The notes beneath the pieces are model-generated. The model saw only the letters and a list, made by a program, of their open reading frames with translations, searched no databases and was not told the origin of the DNA. Shown here piece by piece: positions 1-10,780 of a stretch of DNA of 64,000 bases. Every line of letters starts with the position of its first letter. The first letter of the stretch is position 1. The translations under genes and the position numbers were made by a program. Origin of the DNA: an uncultured Ruminococcus sp. GTDB lineage: Bacteria; Bacillota; Clostridia; Oscillospirales; Ruminococcaceae. The stretch lies in assembly GCF_937915125.1 (NCBI RefSeq), contig NZ_CALDMP010000076.1, positions 3,529 through 67,528 on the forward strand, given 5' to 3'.

Positions 1-141
1 GTCCTCCAGATAATCGCACGCCGGATTGTTAGGCAGCTTCATGCGGATGTCATATGTTACCACATCCCCATCCACACGGGAGATATACATGCCCCGTTTC
101 AGGTGGTCATGGTTGATGGTAAAGCTTGTGATCTGTTTCAT
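1..141 (-). CDS. luxS: S-ribosylhomocysteine lyase LuxS, 5' part (runs off window start)
   Basis: Own translation from ATG at 141: MKQITSFTINHDHLKRGMYISRVDGDVVTYDIRMKLPNN...DYLED, the typical LuxS N-terminus (SF.I.H..L..G.Y.SR.DGD..TYD.R...PN); GGAGG RBS upstream. Not in ORF track. Confidence 0.85.
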   Translation of the reverse strand, partial: MKQITSFTINHDHLKRGMYISRVDGDVVTYDIRMKLPNNPACDYLED

Positions 142-223
142 AGGTATTTCCTCCGATTTTACATAGTAATCCATAATATTTATTATAGCAAACACCCATT
201 GCGCTTGTCAAGTATGCATCAAA

Positions 224-329
224 AACCCCTCCACCATTGCTGCGCAATGGTCCTCCTCCCCTTTCAAGGGAGGCAGATGAGGCTCCCCTGAAAGGGGAGC
301 TGGCACGGCGCAGCCGTGACTGAGGGGTT
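224..329. repeat. Intergenic multi-hairpin palindromic element
   Basis: Terminal IR AACCCCTC...GAGGGGTT enclosing hairpins ACCATTGC-tgc-GCAATGGT, GCTCCCCT-gaa-AGGGGAGC and CACGG-cgcag-CCGTG. Confidence 0.65.
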
Positions 330-359
330 CATTCTCCTATAAAATTTGATTTCCATACA

Positions 360-390
360 AAAAACCGGACTGTTTCCACAATCCGGTTTC
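360..390 (-). terminator. Rho-independent terminator of the LRR-dockerin gene
   Basis: AAACCGGA...TCCGGTTT stem with an A-run (U-tract on minus strand) just past the stop at 407. Confidence 0.55.
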
Positions 391-406
391 AGGGTATGAT
401 TTCGGG

Positions 407-2875
407 TTAATCAGTGCATGGCAGGGCATTCACCAGATGCACCAGAAATTTCAGCAGGACAATGGCGTCGTTGGTACCCAGTTCGCCGTTAGCGTCACAA
501 TCAGCGTTGGCAGCTGCCTGATCGGAAAGCTTGACAGCACCGGCAGCGGCTTTGTTCAGGAGTACGGCGTCGGTGATATCTACTCTGCCGTCCAGGTTGG
601 TGTCGCCGTAAAGGTTTCCATTGATGGGCTGGGTGGTCGTACCCTGTGCTTCGATCGTCAGTGTCACAGAATCCATTTTCCCATCATAGGAAATCACAAT
701 TAAAGTGCTTCCTGTTCCAACAATGGTCACAACGCCATTTTCATCGACTATGGCAACATCTGTATTGCTTGAATACCAAACGGCATCCTCTGGCGGAACA
801 TTACAAGACATCTGGAAGCTGTTTCCTGGAACAAGCTCAGATTCAGACGGTACTTGCAGATGAACTCCCGTATCAGCAGTTGTGGTTTCAGTGGAAGTTG
901 TAGTAGTTGTTGTGGTGGTTGTGGTCATTGTCGTAGTAGTTGTTGTGGTAGTAACCACAGGCGAAGCATTATAATGAATCGTTGCATTCAGCAAATAGTC
1001 ATTACCTGAAGCAATGTAAATAGAATCCCACGCTTCCTCCGTTCCGCAATAATAAACATCTTTCAATGAATATGAATATGAAAATGCCCTTTTACCGATG
1101 CTCGTCACACTATCCGGAATGACAATGCTTTCCAACGCAGCGCACTCATAAAATGCGTTTTCTTCAATCGCATATACGCCGTCTGGAATTACAAATTCTG
1201 TCAGCGAATTACAACCCTGAAAAAAACCATAATCCGTTCTATATCTGCCGTCGTATTCATAAGCAGAAGGAAGACTTGTCAGTTGGCTTGGCAGCGTCAC
1301 ACTAGTCAGACTCCTGCACCCATAGAACATGCCGCCGCCCATATCTGTCACACTATCTGGAATGACAATACTTTCCAGATTCTTATAGTCCTGGAATGCC
1401 AGATCTGGAAGCGCTGTCAGACCATCCCAAAGAACTACATGCTTTCTGCTATATGGACAGTATACCAATGTTTTTTCAAATTTGTCGTAGAGCACGCCAT
1501 CGTAGGTAAAATACGCCAGATTGCTGTCGCTAATCGTAATGGATTCCAACATAGGACAATCAGACAACAGCCCCAAATCTATACTGACGACAGCATCCCA
1601 CAGTTCAATTGACATTTTTCCCAAAGGACAATATACCAGAGTTTTTCCGGTTTTCTGATACAGTGCACCGTCATAACTGTAATATGTTGTATTGTACTCA
1701 TTCACCGTAATGCGTTCCAGGCTTTTACAGCCGGAAAAGGCATTCATTGAAATACTTGACACAAATGCTGGAATTTGAATTTCTGTCAAACTGGTACAGT
1801 TTGCAAACGTACCAGTATAAATTTCAGTCACGCCATATGGAATCACAAGACTTGTCAGCCCGGTACAACCAGAAAAGGCATTGGAAGAAATATCTGTAAT
1901 GCCATCCGGCAGCACAATATCTGTCAATTTGGTACAGTCAGAAAATGCGCCTGTATCAATTGTTTTCGTATTCGCCAAAATATTAACTGTGTTTTTTCCT
2001 TGAGGACAATACAGCAGTGTACTGCCGGTGTTATCATACAACACACCATCATAACTGCGATAATTTGCATTGTTCTCATCTACCGCAATGTTTTCCAGTG
2101 AAACACAGCCAGCAAAAGCAGAAGCGGGAATACTTGTCACGCTATCCGATATTGTGACAGATTTCAGATTTCTACAAGATGCAAAGGCATCTTCCGCAAT
2201 CACCTGTACCGGAATGCCATCGATTGTCCCAGGGATCTCCGCCACAGGTGCACTTTCATCGCAATCTGTAATTTTATAGTAAATGCTTCCTGCCGTTGTG
2301 TCTTTAACGATCTCATACGTCAGATCTTCCAGTCTCGGCGTATATACTGGAGTATCTTCCGAAATCACCAGATAAATCTCATTGTATGTACAGTAACCGG
2401 TAATATCTGGGGTGATTACCACAGATCCTGCACCAACAATTGTGACATAACCATCATCTGTTACTACGGCAACACTTTCATCGCTGGACTGAAAGCCATT
2501 GACGGTTGGCTCCCCATAAGGATAATATCCGATACTATAATCCAAATAAAATGAACTGCCAACATATAGGAGGCTTTTTGGCGGCTCTGAAAATTCAATT
2601 TCGGCTGGAGGTGGTGTGGTAACTGTCGTTATAGTGGTTGTTGTCATGGTGGTCGTTTCCTCTGCACCGTAAATCACAGGCACTTCTGTTACAATATATT
2701 GTGCTTCCGCTCTTGGCGTAATGGGTGCTTCCGATACGACAGGAACATCCACGGCTTCTGTCTGCTGTACTGGCTCAGATTCCGTATCATTTGCATAACA
2801 AACCACACTCGTCATTCCAGTGACAAGCACAGCAACAGCAGAAAGCACACCATAAACACGCTTCCAAATCTTCAT
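407..2875 (-). CDS. Secreted BspA-type leucine-rich-repeat protein with Ig-like (Big_2) domains and C-terminal dockerin
   Basis: Signal peptide; Thr-rich linkers; SSD/N..VA.VD..G.VT.VG.G Big_2 motifs twice; repeated (I)P..VT.I...AF..C..L LRR_5 units; C-terminal GDTNLDGRVDITDAVLL...ADCDANGELGTNDAIVLLKFL duplicated Ca-binding dockerin motif. Confidence 0.9.
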   Translation of the reverse strand: MKIWKRVYGVLSAVAVLVTGMTSVVCYANDTESEPVQQTEAVDVPVVSEAPITPRAEAQYIVTEVPVIYGAEETTTMTTTTITTVTTPPPAEIEFSEPPKSLLYVGSSFYLDYSIGYYPYGEPTVNGFQSSDESVAVVTDDGYVTIVGAGSVVITPDITGYCTYNEIYLVISEDTPVYTPRLEDLTYEIVKDTTAGSIYYKITDCDESAPVAEIPGTIDGIPVQVIAEDAFASCRNLKSVTISDSVTSIPASAFAGCVSLENIAVDENNANYRSYDGVLYDNTGSTLLYCPQGKNTVNILANTKTIDTGAFSDCTKLTDIVLPDGITDISSNAFSGCTGLTSLVIPYGVTEIYTGTFANCTSLTEIQIPAFVSSISMNAFSGCKSLERITVNEYNTTYYSYDGALYQKTGKTLVYCPLGKMSIELWDAVVSIDLGLLSDCPMLESITISDSNLAYFTYDGVLYDKFEKTLVYCPYSRKHVVLWDGLTALPDLAFQDYKNLESIVIPDSVTDMGGGMFYGCRSLTSVTLPSQLTSLPSAYEYDGRYRTDYGFFQGCNSLTEFVIPDGVYAIEENAFYECAALESIVIPDSVTSIGKRAFSYSYSLKDVYYCGTEEAWDSIYIASGNDYLLNATIHYNASPVVTTTTTTTTMTTTTTTTTTTSTETTTADTGVHLQVPSESELVPGNSFQMSCNVPPEDAVWYSSNTDVAIVDENGVVTIVGTGSTLIVISYDGKMDSVTLTIEAQGTTTQPINGNLYGDTNLDGRVDITDAVLLNKAAAGAVKLSDQAAANADCDANGELGTNDAIVLLKFLVHLVNALPCTD

Positions 2876-3001
2876 CTTCCCATAAACTCCTTTTCCGTAA
2901 AAATATATTTGTTTATATTATACCAGATTATCCCTCTTTATTTGTAAATAAATCGTAAATAAAAGACCGCCATACCCACCAGGGCACAACGGTCTTTTCC
3001 A

Positions 3002-4930
3002 TTATTCTACCGTTTTCTCCGGCTCCTCCGGCACATCTGCCGGCTGCGCCGTCTCCGGTGCAGTTTCCTCCGGTTTCGCCGGTGTATCCTCGAACATTGC
3101 CGGATCCATCTCGCCCCGCATGAGCACCTCGAAATCCTCACGCTCGATCTTCTCGTGGAGCATCAGATACTTCGCCAGCAGATGGAGCTGATCCATGTGC
3201 GCCTGCAAAATTTCCTTTGCCTTGTCATACGCCTTTTCAATGATGGAACGCACTTCGTCGTCGATCTCCGCCGCCACACGGTCGGAATAATCTCTGGACG
3301 AACCCAGATCCCGTCCCAGGAACACTTCGCTCTGGTCGTTACCATAGACCACAGGCCCCATTTTCTCGCTGAAGCCATAGCGTGTGACCATGCTCCGTGC
3401 CGTGGATGTGGCACGCTCCAGGTCGTTGGATGCGCCGGTGGAGATATCCTCCAGCACCAGCTGTTCCGCAACTCTGCCGCCCAGCAGGGTGATGATATTC
3501 TCCTCCATCTCCTTTTTGGAGACAAAGCTCTTGTCCTGTTCCGGCAGGGACATGGTATATCCCCCAGCCATACCACGGGGAATGATAGACACCTGGTGCA
3601 CCTTATCCTGGTGGTCGCAGTAGTACGTGCAGACAGCGTGACCTGCCTCGTGGAACGCCGTGAGACGCTTTTCCTTTTCCGTCACCTTGTGGGACTTCTT
3701 CTCCGGGCCGGCAATGACCTTAATGGTTGCCTCCTGGATTTCATCCATAGTAATTGCCTTTTTGTTCTTCCGTGCCGCCAGCAGGCAGGCTTCGTTGACC
3801 AGATTCTCCAGATCTGCACCCGTAAAGCCCACAGTGGACTTTGCAATGGTAGTCAGATCCACGTCAGGGCCGACGCTCTTGGACTTTGTGTGTACTTTCA
3901 GAATGGCTTCACGCCCCTTGACATCGGGATAGCCTACCACGATCTGGCGGTCGAACCGTCCCGGACGCAACAGTGCCGGGTCGAGAATATCCCGGCGGTT
4001 GGTTGCCGCAATGACAATGACATTATCCTTTCCGGTGAAACCGTCCATCTCAACCAGCAGCTGGTTCAGAGTCTGTTCCCGTTCGTCATGTCCGCCGCCG
4101 ATACCCGTACCACGGTGACGTCCCACAGCGTCGATCTCGTCTATGAAGATGATGGACGGTGCATTCTTCTTCGCCTGTTCGAACAGGTCACGCACACGGG
4201 ATGCACCTACGCCCACGAACATTTCCACAAAATCCGAACCCGAAATGGAAAAGAACGGGCAGCCTGCTTCTCCGGCGACAGCTCGTGCCAGCAAGGTCTT
4301 ACCGGTTCCGGGCGGTCCCATAAGCAATACGCCCTTGGGGATTCTTGCGCCCAACTCCGCATATTTCCGGGGATTTTTCAAAAAGTCCACGATCTCTTCC
4401 AGCTCGTGCTTTTCCTCATCCGCCCCGGCAACATCCGCAAAGGTTGCCTTCCGGGTGTTCATCTGATTCTTGATATTCGCCTTTCCGAATGTAGTGTACT
4501 TCCCGCCGCCGTTTGCCTGCCGCATCATAAATGCAAACAGGATAATCATCAGAATCACAAGAATCACTGTGGGGATGATCGTCAGCAGCCAGGAAGTATC
4601 CTTGATCTTATAGAAATCCTCTTTCAGCGGTACTTCGTTTCTGGCGTTATACTTCTCCCGGTAATACTGGGTATCCTCCAGGAAAATCTGGACATTCGGC
4701 ACTTCATATGCAATTTTCTCGTCATTTTGCAGCACCATCTCCAACTCGCCGGACCCCAGATCCAGGGTATATTCCTTGACATCATAATCATCAAAATGCT
4801 GGATGATCTCAGAATATTCCGGTGTCTTGACGTTGCCCTTCAAATTCGGCAGCAAAAAGACCAGGGCTGCAATGAGCAGCAATACGATCACAAGATAAGT
4901 TCCGATGCCTCTGCCTCTCTTTGGTGTCAA
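3002..4930 (-). CDS. ftsH: ATP-dependent zinc metalloprotease FtsH
   Basis: Two TM helices, GPPGTGKT Walker A, IIFIDEID Walker B, HEAGH zinc motif; tilS-hpt-ftsH synteny. Confidence 0.97.
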   Translation of the reverse strand: MTPKRGRGIGTYLVIVLLLIAALVFLLPNLKGNVKTPEYSEIIQHFDDYDVKEYTLDLGSGELEMVLQNDEKIAYEVPNVQIFLEDTQYYREKYNARNEVPLKEDFYKIKDTSWLLTIIPTVILVILMIILFAFMMRQANGGGKYTTFGKANIKNQMNTRKATFADVAGADEEKHELEEIVDFLKNPRKYAELGARIPKGVLLMGPPGTGKTLLARAVAGEAGCPFFSISGSDFVEMFVGVGASRVRDLFEQAKKNAPSIIFIDEIDAVGRHRGTGIGGGHDEREQTLNQLLVEMDGFTGKDNVIVIAATNRRDILDPALLRPGRFDRQIVVGYPDVKGREAILKVHTKSKSVGPDVDLTTIAKSTVGFTGADLENLVNEACLLAARKNKKAITMDEIQEATIKVIAGPEKKSHKVTEKEKRLTAFHEAGHAVCTYYCDHQDKVHQVSIIPRGMAGGYTMSLPEQDKSFVSKKEMEENIITLLGGRVAEQLVLEDISTGASNDLERATSTARSMVTRYGFSEKMGPVVYGNDQSEVFLGRDLGSSRDYSDRVAAEIDDEVRSIIEKAYDKAKEILQAHMDQLHLLAKYLMLHEKIEREDFEVLMRGEMDPAMFEDTPAKPEETAPETAQPADVPEEPEKTVE

Positions 4931-4975
4931 ATCACATTCACTCCATTCTGTTTCGGCGATCTCTGCGCCTTTTTC

Positions 4976-5530
4976 TCAATGCTTTTGTTGTTCGTCAGAA
5001 TTTCTATAAATCCCGATGTACGGCAAATTGCGGTAAAGTCCTGCATGATCTAGTCCATATCCCACCACAAAAGCGTCGGGAATGGAAAAGCCCCGGTATG
5101 CCAGCGGTACTTCAAATAGCCGCCGTTCCGGTTTGTCCAGCAGCGTACACACCGCCAGGGAAGCTGGCTTCTGGGTTTCCATCGCCGGGAGCACTGCATG
5201 AAGCGTCGTGCCCGTGTCCAGGATATCCTCCACCAGCACCACATGTCGTCCCACCAGAGACTGGGACAGCGGTACTTCAAACTGTACCTGACCGGAAGTG
5301 ACTGTTCCGTCTCCATAGCTGGACGCACGCATGAAGTCCAGTTCCAGAGGAATCGGCACTGCCCGAACCAGATCGGCAAAAAAGATGCTGGAGCCTTTCA
5401 GCAGGCACACAAACAGTGGCTTTTTGTCCGCATAATCTGCCGCCAGCTGTGCGCCCAGTTCCTGCACACGTGTCTGTATCTGCGCTTGCGTCAGCAGCAC
5501 TTGTACAATGTTTGCTTCCAGCTCAGACAT
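4976..5530 (-). CDS. hpt: Hypoxanthine phosphoribosyltransferase
   Basis: VVLVEDILDTGTT PRPP motif, FVVGYGLD, synteny. Confidence 0.95.
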   Translation of the reverse strand: MSELEANIVQVLLTQAQIQTRVQELGAQLAADYADKKPLFVCLLKGSSIFFADLVRAVPIPLELDFMRASSYGDGTVTSGQVQFEVPLSQSLVGRHVVLVEDILDTGTTLHAVLPAMETQKPASLAVCTLLDKPERRLFEVPLAYRGFSIPDAFVVGYGLDHAGLYRNLPYIGIYRNSDEQQKH

Positions 5531-6881
5531 TTTTTTGCTCCTTTCTGATTTCTATGACCAGGAACCGCCGTGTGTTCTCATGGGGAACCACACGGTCAGC
5601 CGCACCGATATATTCCGCAAATACGATTCCATCGTCATCTGCCAGAATATGCAGGGTCTTCCGGCGTCCTTGAGGCACCTGTGCCTGAATGACTTTTTTC
5701 AGGGACGAGGTGAAATCTCTGCCAGGCAGACAAATCCGTTCGCCGGGCTGCCGCAGACGCAGGAAGATGTTACCCTTTATTTTATCATAATCCAGGCAAC
5801 TATTTGCAAATTTTTCGTGAACATTTTCTTCTTTCCCATGATTTTCTGCTTCCATCAGGGATGCATACAGGATAAAGCCCGGAAAAATCTGATTTTCTCC
5901 CAATTTCAGCGGTACTTTTTCTCCCAGGGGTTCCGGCGGCGCTGTTTCTATCCAAAGGGTGCCCGGTTTTGCCGCCGCATAAACACGCCGGGACAAGTTC
6001 CACCTGCCCCCATACACCGCCAATGCCATGAGACGCTCCAGCAGAGCCGCATCATAGGAAAGCCCGTGTTCCTCCAGCAGCATTGCCAGACAGCGCATTT
6101 GCAGCGCTGGATGCATCTGCTCCAGATGTTCCAACGTGTCTGCACTGGTATGGCATTGTGCATATGCCGCCTTTGCCTGCTGTGTCATGTAGTCATCCTC
6201 CCGGCACAGACCGGCAATGGTATGGGCTGCGGTGCGTTCCACAGAAGGGTTGAGTTGTTTCAGCTCCGGCACAATCCTGTGACGAATCCGGTTGCGTGTG
6301 TACAGATCTGTCAGATTGGTACTGTCTGTCACATATGCCTGCCCCAGCTCTGCCAGATATGCCTCCACTTGTTCCCTGGTCACTGTCAAAAGCGGTCGAA
6401 GTATTCTGCCGTTTTTGGGCGGAATGGCTGTCAGTCCATGGAGACTGCTGCCTCGGATCAGGCGGTGCAGCAGGGTCTCCAGATTATCCGAAGCTGTGTG
6501 CGCCGTGGCGATCCAGTCCGCCTGCACCTGTGCAAATACCGCATAGCGGCACTGCCGGGCGGCAAGCTCTGTGGAAAGGTGTTCCTGCCGGGCACGTGTT
6601 TCCACATCCACAGTGTATTCCTCCAGAGACACCCCCAGCGATGCACAGAGTTGTTCGCAAAACTGCCGATCCCGGTCGCTTTCTGTTCCGCGGAGCTGGT
6701 GATCCACATGCACTGCCGTCACGGAAATCCCCAACTCCTCCTGCAATTCCAGCAAACACCGAAGCAGACAGACGCTGTCCGCACCGCCGGAAAGAGCACA
6801 ACAGACCGTATCTCCTGGCTGTACGCAATCCAGTCCCCGGAATTGCGCCAGCACCTGCCGGGGCAGGGACTCAGCCTTCAT
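5523..6881 (-). CDS. tilS: tRNA(Ile)-lysidine synthetase
   Basis: ALSGGADS PP-loop, TAHTASD..ET, RPLL, RNRIRH; start placed at MKAES (6881) overlapping the dnaB end. Confidence 0.93.
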   Translation of the reverse strand: MKAESLPRQVLAQFRGLDCVQPGDTVCCALSGGADSVCLLRCLLELQEELGISVTAVHVDHQLRGTESDRDRQFCEQLCASLGVSLEEYTVDVETRARQEHLSTELAARQCRYAVFAQVQADWIATAHTASDNLETLLHRLIRGSSLHGLTAIPPKNGRILRPLLTVTREQVEAYLAELGQAYVTDSTNLTDLYTRNRIRHRIVPELKQLNPSVERTAAHTIAGLCREDDYMTQQAKAAYAQCHTSADTLEHLEQMHPALQMRCLAMLLEEHGLSYDAALLERLMALAVYGGRWNLSRRVYAAAKPGTLWIETAPPEPLGEKVPLKLGENQIFPGFILYASLMEAENHGKEENVHEKFANSCLDYDKIKGNIFLRLRQPGERICLPGRDFTSSLKKVIQAQVPQGRRKTLHILADDDGIVFAEYIGAADRVVPHENTRRFLVIEIRKEQKNV

Positions 6882-8214
6882 TGCGCATCTCCGCATTGGA
6901 GAAGCGAGTAAACTGACCATCCCATACCAGTTGAATGGTGCCTGTCTCGCCATGACGATTCTTTGCCACAATGCACTCGGACACATTGGGGGTAGGGCTT
7001 TCCTTATTATAATAGGCGTCACGATAGAGGAACATGACAATATCCGCATCCTGTTCGATAGAACCGGATTCACGCAGGTCGGACAGCATAGGCCGCTTGT
7101 CGGTACGGCTCTCAGGACCACGGGACAGCTGCGACAGTACGATGACCGGAATATCCAGTTCTTTCGCCATGATTTTCAGCTGACGGGTAATTTCCGAGAT
7201 GACAAGCACACGGTTATCCGTTTTTAGGGTAGAGCCCATAAGCTGGAGATAGTCAATGACAACCAAACCGAGATTTTTCATCCGGCGAAGCTTTGCCTTG
7301 ATCTGCTGTACTGTCACGCTTGCCGTGTCGTCAATGAACATAGGCAGACCGCTGAGCACGCCGGCGCTTGTGGCAAGCCGCACCCAGTCCTCGTTGGTGA
7401 GAAAGCCGTTTCGCAGCTTGTTGGAATCCACCAATGCTTCCGTAGAGAGCATACGGGTTGCAAGCTGTTCCTTGGACATTTCCAAAGAGAACACTGCCAC
7501 TTCCTTATCCCCCCGGCGTGCCACATTGGTGGCAATATTCAGGGCGAAAGAGGTTTTACCCATACCCGGACGGGCTGCGATCAGGATGAGGTCGGATTTG
7601 TTCAGACCGGAAGTCACTGTGTCCAGATATTTGAATCCGGTCTTTGCACCCAGATATTTTTCCTTATCGGGGCCGGAGATCTTGCCGATGCGGTCGTAGG
7701 CTTCGCAGATGGCATCGCCGATTTTCACCAGTCCCTGGACATCCCTGCCCTGACGAATGTCAAAAATACGCTGTTCCGCAGCATCCATCAGAGTCTGGGC
7801 ATTCTGTTCCCCGGACTGGATCTCCTGCAAAATGCCCCTTGCTGCAAAGGCAAGGCATCGGATGTAATATTTCTCTGCCACAATGTGGCAATAGCTTTCA
7901 ATATTAGATGTAGACGGCACAATATTGATGAGCGCCGCCAGATAGGTTCTGCCCTCTGCTGCCGTCTCAAACACGCCCTGTTCCACAGCGGCGTTGAGTA
8001 CGGTAATGACATCGGCTTTTTCCCCGGATGTGAACATCTGCATAATGATCTGGAACAGCGTCCGGTGCTGTTCATTGAAAAAGCTTTCCGGGCGGATGGT
8101 TTCCAGCACCACCGGCAGCACGGCGGAATCAATCAGAATTGCGCCGAGAATGGTCTGTTCTGCCTCCAGACTATAGGGCAGCTCGGCATTTTCGTTAGGC
8201 GTATATTCTGCCAT
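6871..8214 (-). CDS. dnaB: Replicative DNA helicase
   Basis: AARPGMGKT, VIDYLQL, LSQLSR, LRESGSIEQDAD, AKNRHG motifs. Confidence 0.97.
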   Translation of the reverse strand: MAEYTPNENAELPYSLEAEQTILGAILIDSAVLPVVLETIRPESFFNEQHRTLFQIIMQMFTSGEKADVITVLNAAVEQGVFETAAEGRTYLAALINIVPSTSNIESYCHIVAEKYYIRCLAFAARGILQEIQSGEQNAQTLMDAAEQRIFDIRQGRDVQGLVKIGDAICEAYDRIGKISGPDKEKYLGAKTGFKYLDTVTSGLNKSDLILIAARPGMGKTSFALNIATNVARRGDKEVAVFSLEMSKEQLATRMLSTEALVDSNKLRNGFLTNEDWVRLATSAGVLSGLPMFIDDTASVTVQQIKAKLRRMKNLGLVVIDYLQLMGSTLKTDNRVLVISEITRQLKIMAKELDIPVIVLSQLSRGPESRTDKRPMLSDLRESGSIEQDADIVMFLYRDAYYNKESPTPNVSECIVAKNRHGETGTIQLVWDGQFTRFSNAEMRNEG

Positions 8215-8308
8215 AACATAACCTCCTTTTCTATCGCCGCAGGCGGCGAAGAATAACGAATGCGGGACGCAACCACGACCCGCATTCCACCCATTTCAAA
8301 GAGATTTC

Positions 8309-8755
8309 TTATCCCTCGACAACTTCCACTGTCACCTTTGCCGTAATGCCGGCATACAGGCGAATCTCCGCCTCATAGGTGCCGAAATTCTTGATATCCG
8401 ACTTCAGGCTGATCTTCTTCTTGTCGATCTTGCACTGATACTGAGCTTCGATGCACTCAGCGATCTGTGCCGCAGTCACTGCGCCAAACAGTCTGCCGCC
8501 GTTTCCTGCTTTTGCCACAGCCTTTACAGTCTTGCCGTTCAGCTTATCTGCTGTCTCCTGGGCATTCTGCTTTTCCACATCAATTTTGTGCGCCGCAGAG
8601 GACTGCTTTCCCGCCAGTTCCGACAGATTCTTCGCCGTTGCTTCTACAGCAAGTCCCTTTTTCAGCAGCATGTTCCGTGCATAGCCGTCAGAAACATTCT
8701 TGACCTCGCCCTTTTTGCCGGAGCCTTTCACGTCCTGTGTAAAAATAACCTTCAT
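8309..8755 (-). CDS. rplI: 50S ribosomal protein L9
   Basis: [26 protein letters not shown]; gdpP-rplI-dnaB synteny. Confidence 0.97.
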   Translation of the reverse strand: MKVIFTQDVKGSGKKGEVKNVSDGYARNMLLKKGLAVEATAKNLSELAGKQSSAAHKIDVEKQNAQETADKLNGKTVKAVAKAGNGGRLFGAVTAAQIAECIEAQYQCKIDKKKISLKSDIKNFGTYEAEIRLYAGITAKVTVEVVEG

Positions 8756-8794
8756 TGCAATCATCCTTTCTATAGAAACACGAAATTCTCATGC

Positions 8795-10762
8795 CTAATC
8801 CTTCTTCATTTCCTGAGCTTCCAGAATCATCAGCAGCTGTTCCTTTGCCTCCTGAATGGTACAGTTCGGCAGCTGTGCCGCCGCCATGGTCTGGTGACCG
8901 CCGCCGCCCAGCTGTTCCATGATCACCTGGACATTGACATTGCCCATAGACCGTGCGGAAATGCTCACGCCGTGTTCCTCCAGATACAGCACAAAGGATG
9001 CCTCCACCCCCTGAATGCTCAGCAGTTCGTCTGCCGCCTGCGACGCTATGACACGCGTGTCCTGCCCCTGCATTTTCACCACGGAAATGGCATTGTTGCG
9101 GTACAACTCCGCATGGGAGACGATCTGCGACCGCATGGAGTAGGTGGAAATGGTATTGGAAAACAGGGTTTTCACCTGAATGGTATCCGCACCGATCTTC
9201 CGCAGATATGCCGCCGCTTCAAAGGTACGCACACCGGTGCGCATGACAAAATTTTTCGTATCCAGCATAATACCAGCCAGAAGCGCATCGGCATATGCCG
9301 CCGAAATTTCTGTATCCAACCGGAAATACTGTATGATCTCCGTCACCATCTCCGACGCCGACGAAGCATAGGGCTCGTGGTGGAAAATCACCGCATTTTC
9401 GATGAAATTGACGTTTTTCCGGTGATGGTCGATGACCACCACATACCGTGCCGCATGGTACAAGTCCAGACTTTCCAGAATGTCCTTGTTGTGGGTATCC
9501 ACCACAATGAGCAGACTGTTTTCTGACACCTGCGCCAGGGCATCCATGGGTTCGATGAAACAGGGGCTGTCGCTGCACTGCTTCATCCGCTGAATCAGCT
9601 GGGTGGCAAGACAGCTCTGCTGGTGTACTACCACATACGCCGGCTTCTGCATAAGCCGCACTGCCCCGGCAAGTCCACACGCCGAACCAATGGAGTCCAG
9701 ATCGCCGAAACGGTGTCCCATGAGAAACACCTGATCGGAATTCTCTATGAGTTCCTGAAGCGCCAGGGCAATAGAACGAATCTTAGTCTTGGACTTCTTC
9801 TCCACGCCCTTGGATGCACCGCCGAAGAAACAGAAGCCGTTTTCCGTCTTGACTGCCGCCTGGTCGCCGCCACGCCCCAGTGCCATATCCAGAGACTGCC
9901 GGGCAAATTTTTCACTCTCCGCCAGAGAAGCAGCCCCATCACCTACACCAATGGAAAAGGTAATATGCATCCGGTCGTTGACCCGGATCTGCCGTGCCTC
10001 ATCCAGCACATGAAAGCGGTTGTTCATGATCTCATGCAAATGCCGGGACTCCATGACCGCATAGAACAGATCGTTCTCCACCTTGCGGATGATACCGTCT
10101 GTGCCCTGCATGAAGTTTTCCAGTACACGCTCCACCTCAGCAGAGACCTGCGCCTTTTCGCTCTCCCTGGCATATTGCAGCAAATCGTCATAGCTGTCGA
10201 TGACCAGCAGCATGACACAGGGTCTGGAATTGGTATTTTCATTTTGCAGCCGCAGAATATCGGTAATTTCCAGAAACTGCACCGCAATGAATTCCTGCTG
10301 ATTCTGCACACTGGGAACGGCGTGCACCCGATAACTCAGACCGTTGTGCTCCATGAGCAGATCCCGGTTCTGACCCAGTGCCGCCAGATTCAGGTGGATC
10401 ACCTCCTGCACCGACCGTCCCAGAACAGAACGATTGGGCGCAAAGCGGCTGCGGAACATATCATTGCACCAGACAATTTCCCCGCTGTGGGATGTCAGCG
10501 CCACCGGCACGCCCAGACTCTGGAGCGCTGCCATGCCGGCGCCTTCGATCTTTCCACGGACAGCCATGGTATGCTGTCGTTCTGCACGGCGCAGCCAGAA
10601 CCACTCCGCACAGAGCAAAATACCGAGCAGCAGGATCACCAGAAACTGAATCGCCAGCCACCGCTGGGGTATCTTTCCCAGCACCGCAAAAAGAAGCGGC
10701 ACCAGAACGCTGATGAACCACAGAATCCCTGTGGCGATGAGCACCCCATATTTTCGTTTCAT
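8795..10762 (-). CDS. gdpP: c-di-AMP phosphodiesterase GdpP (2 TM, PAS-like, degenerate GGDEF, DHH/DHHA1)
   Basis: ALGRGGDQ, GH...DLDSIG, IDHHR, GGGH motifs; position upstream of rplI. Confidence 0.92.
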   Translation of the reverse strand: MKRKYGVLIATGILWFISVLVPLLFAVLGKIPQRWLAIQFLVILLLGILLCAEWFWLRRAERQHTMAVRGKIEGAGMAALQSLGVPVALTSHSGEIVWCNDMFRSRFAPNRSVLGRSVQEVIHLNLAALGQNRDLLMEHNGLSYRVHAVPSVQNQQEFIAVQFLEITDILRLQNENTNSRPCVMLLVIDSYDDLLQYARESEKAQVSAEVERVLENFMQGTDGIIRKVENDLFYAVMESRHLHEIMNNRFHVLDEARQIRVNDRMHITFSIGVGDGAASLAESEKFARQSLDMALGRGGDQAAVKTENGFCFFGGASKGVEKKSKTKIRSIALALQELIENSDQVFLMGHRFGDLDSIGSACGLAGAVRLMQKPAYVVVHQQSCLATQLIQRMKQCSDSPCFIEPMDALAQVSENSLLIVVDTHNKDILESLDLYHAARYVVVIDHHRKNVNFIENAVIFHHEPYASSASEMVTEIIQYFRLDTEISAAYADALLAGIMLDTKNFVMRTGVRTFEAAAYLRKIGADTIQVKTLFSNTISTYSMRSQIVSHAELYRNNAISVVKMQGQDTRVIASQAADELLSIQGVEASFVLYLEEHGVSISARSMGNVNVQVIMEQLGGGGHQTMAAAQLPNCTIQEAKEQLLMILEAQEMKKD

Positions 10763-10780
10763 GCTGCATTCTCCTTGGCG

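Noticed and set aside
884..958. Short tandem GTT/GTG/GTA repeats as CRISPR or contingency locus
   Set aside because: In-frame poly-Thr linker codons with no repeat-spacer structure; no CRISPR array or cas gene seen anywhere in the window
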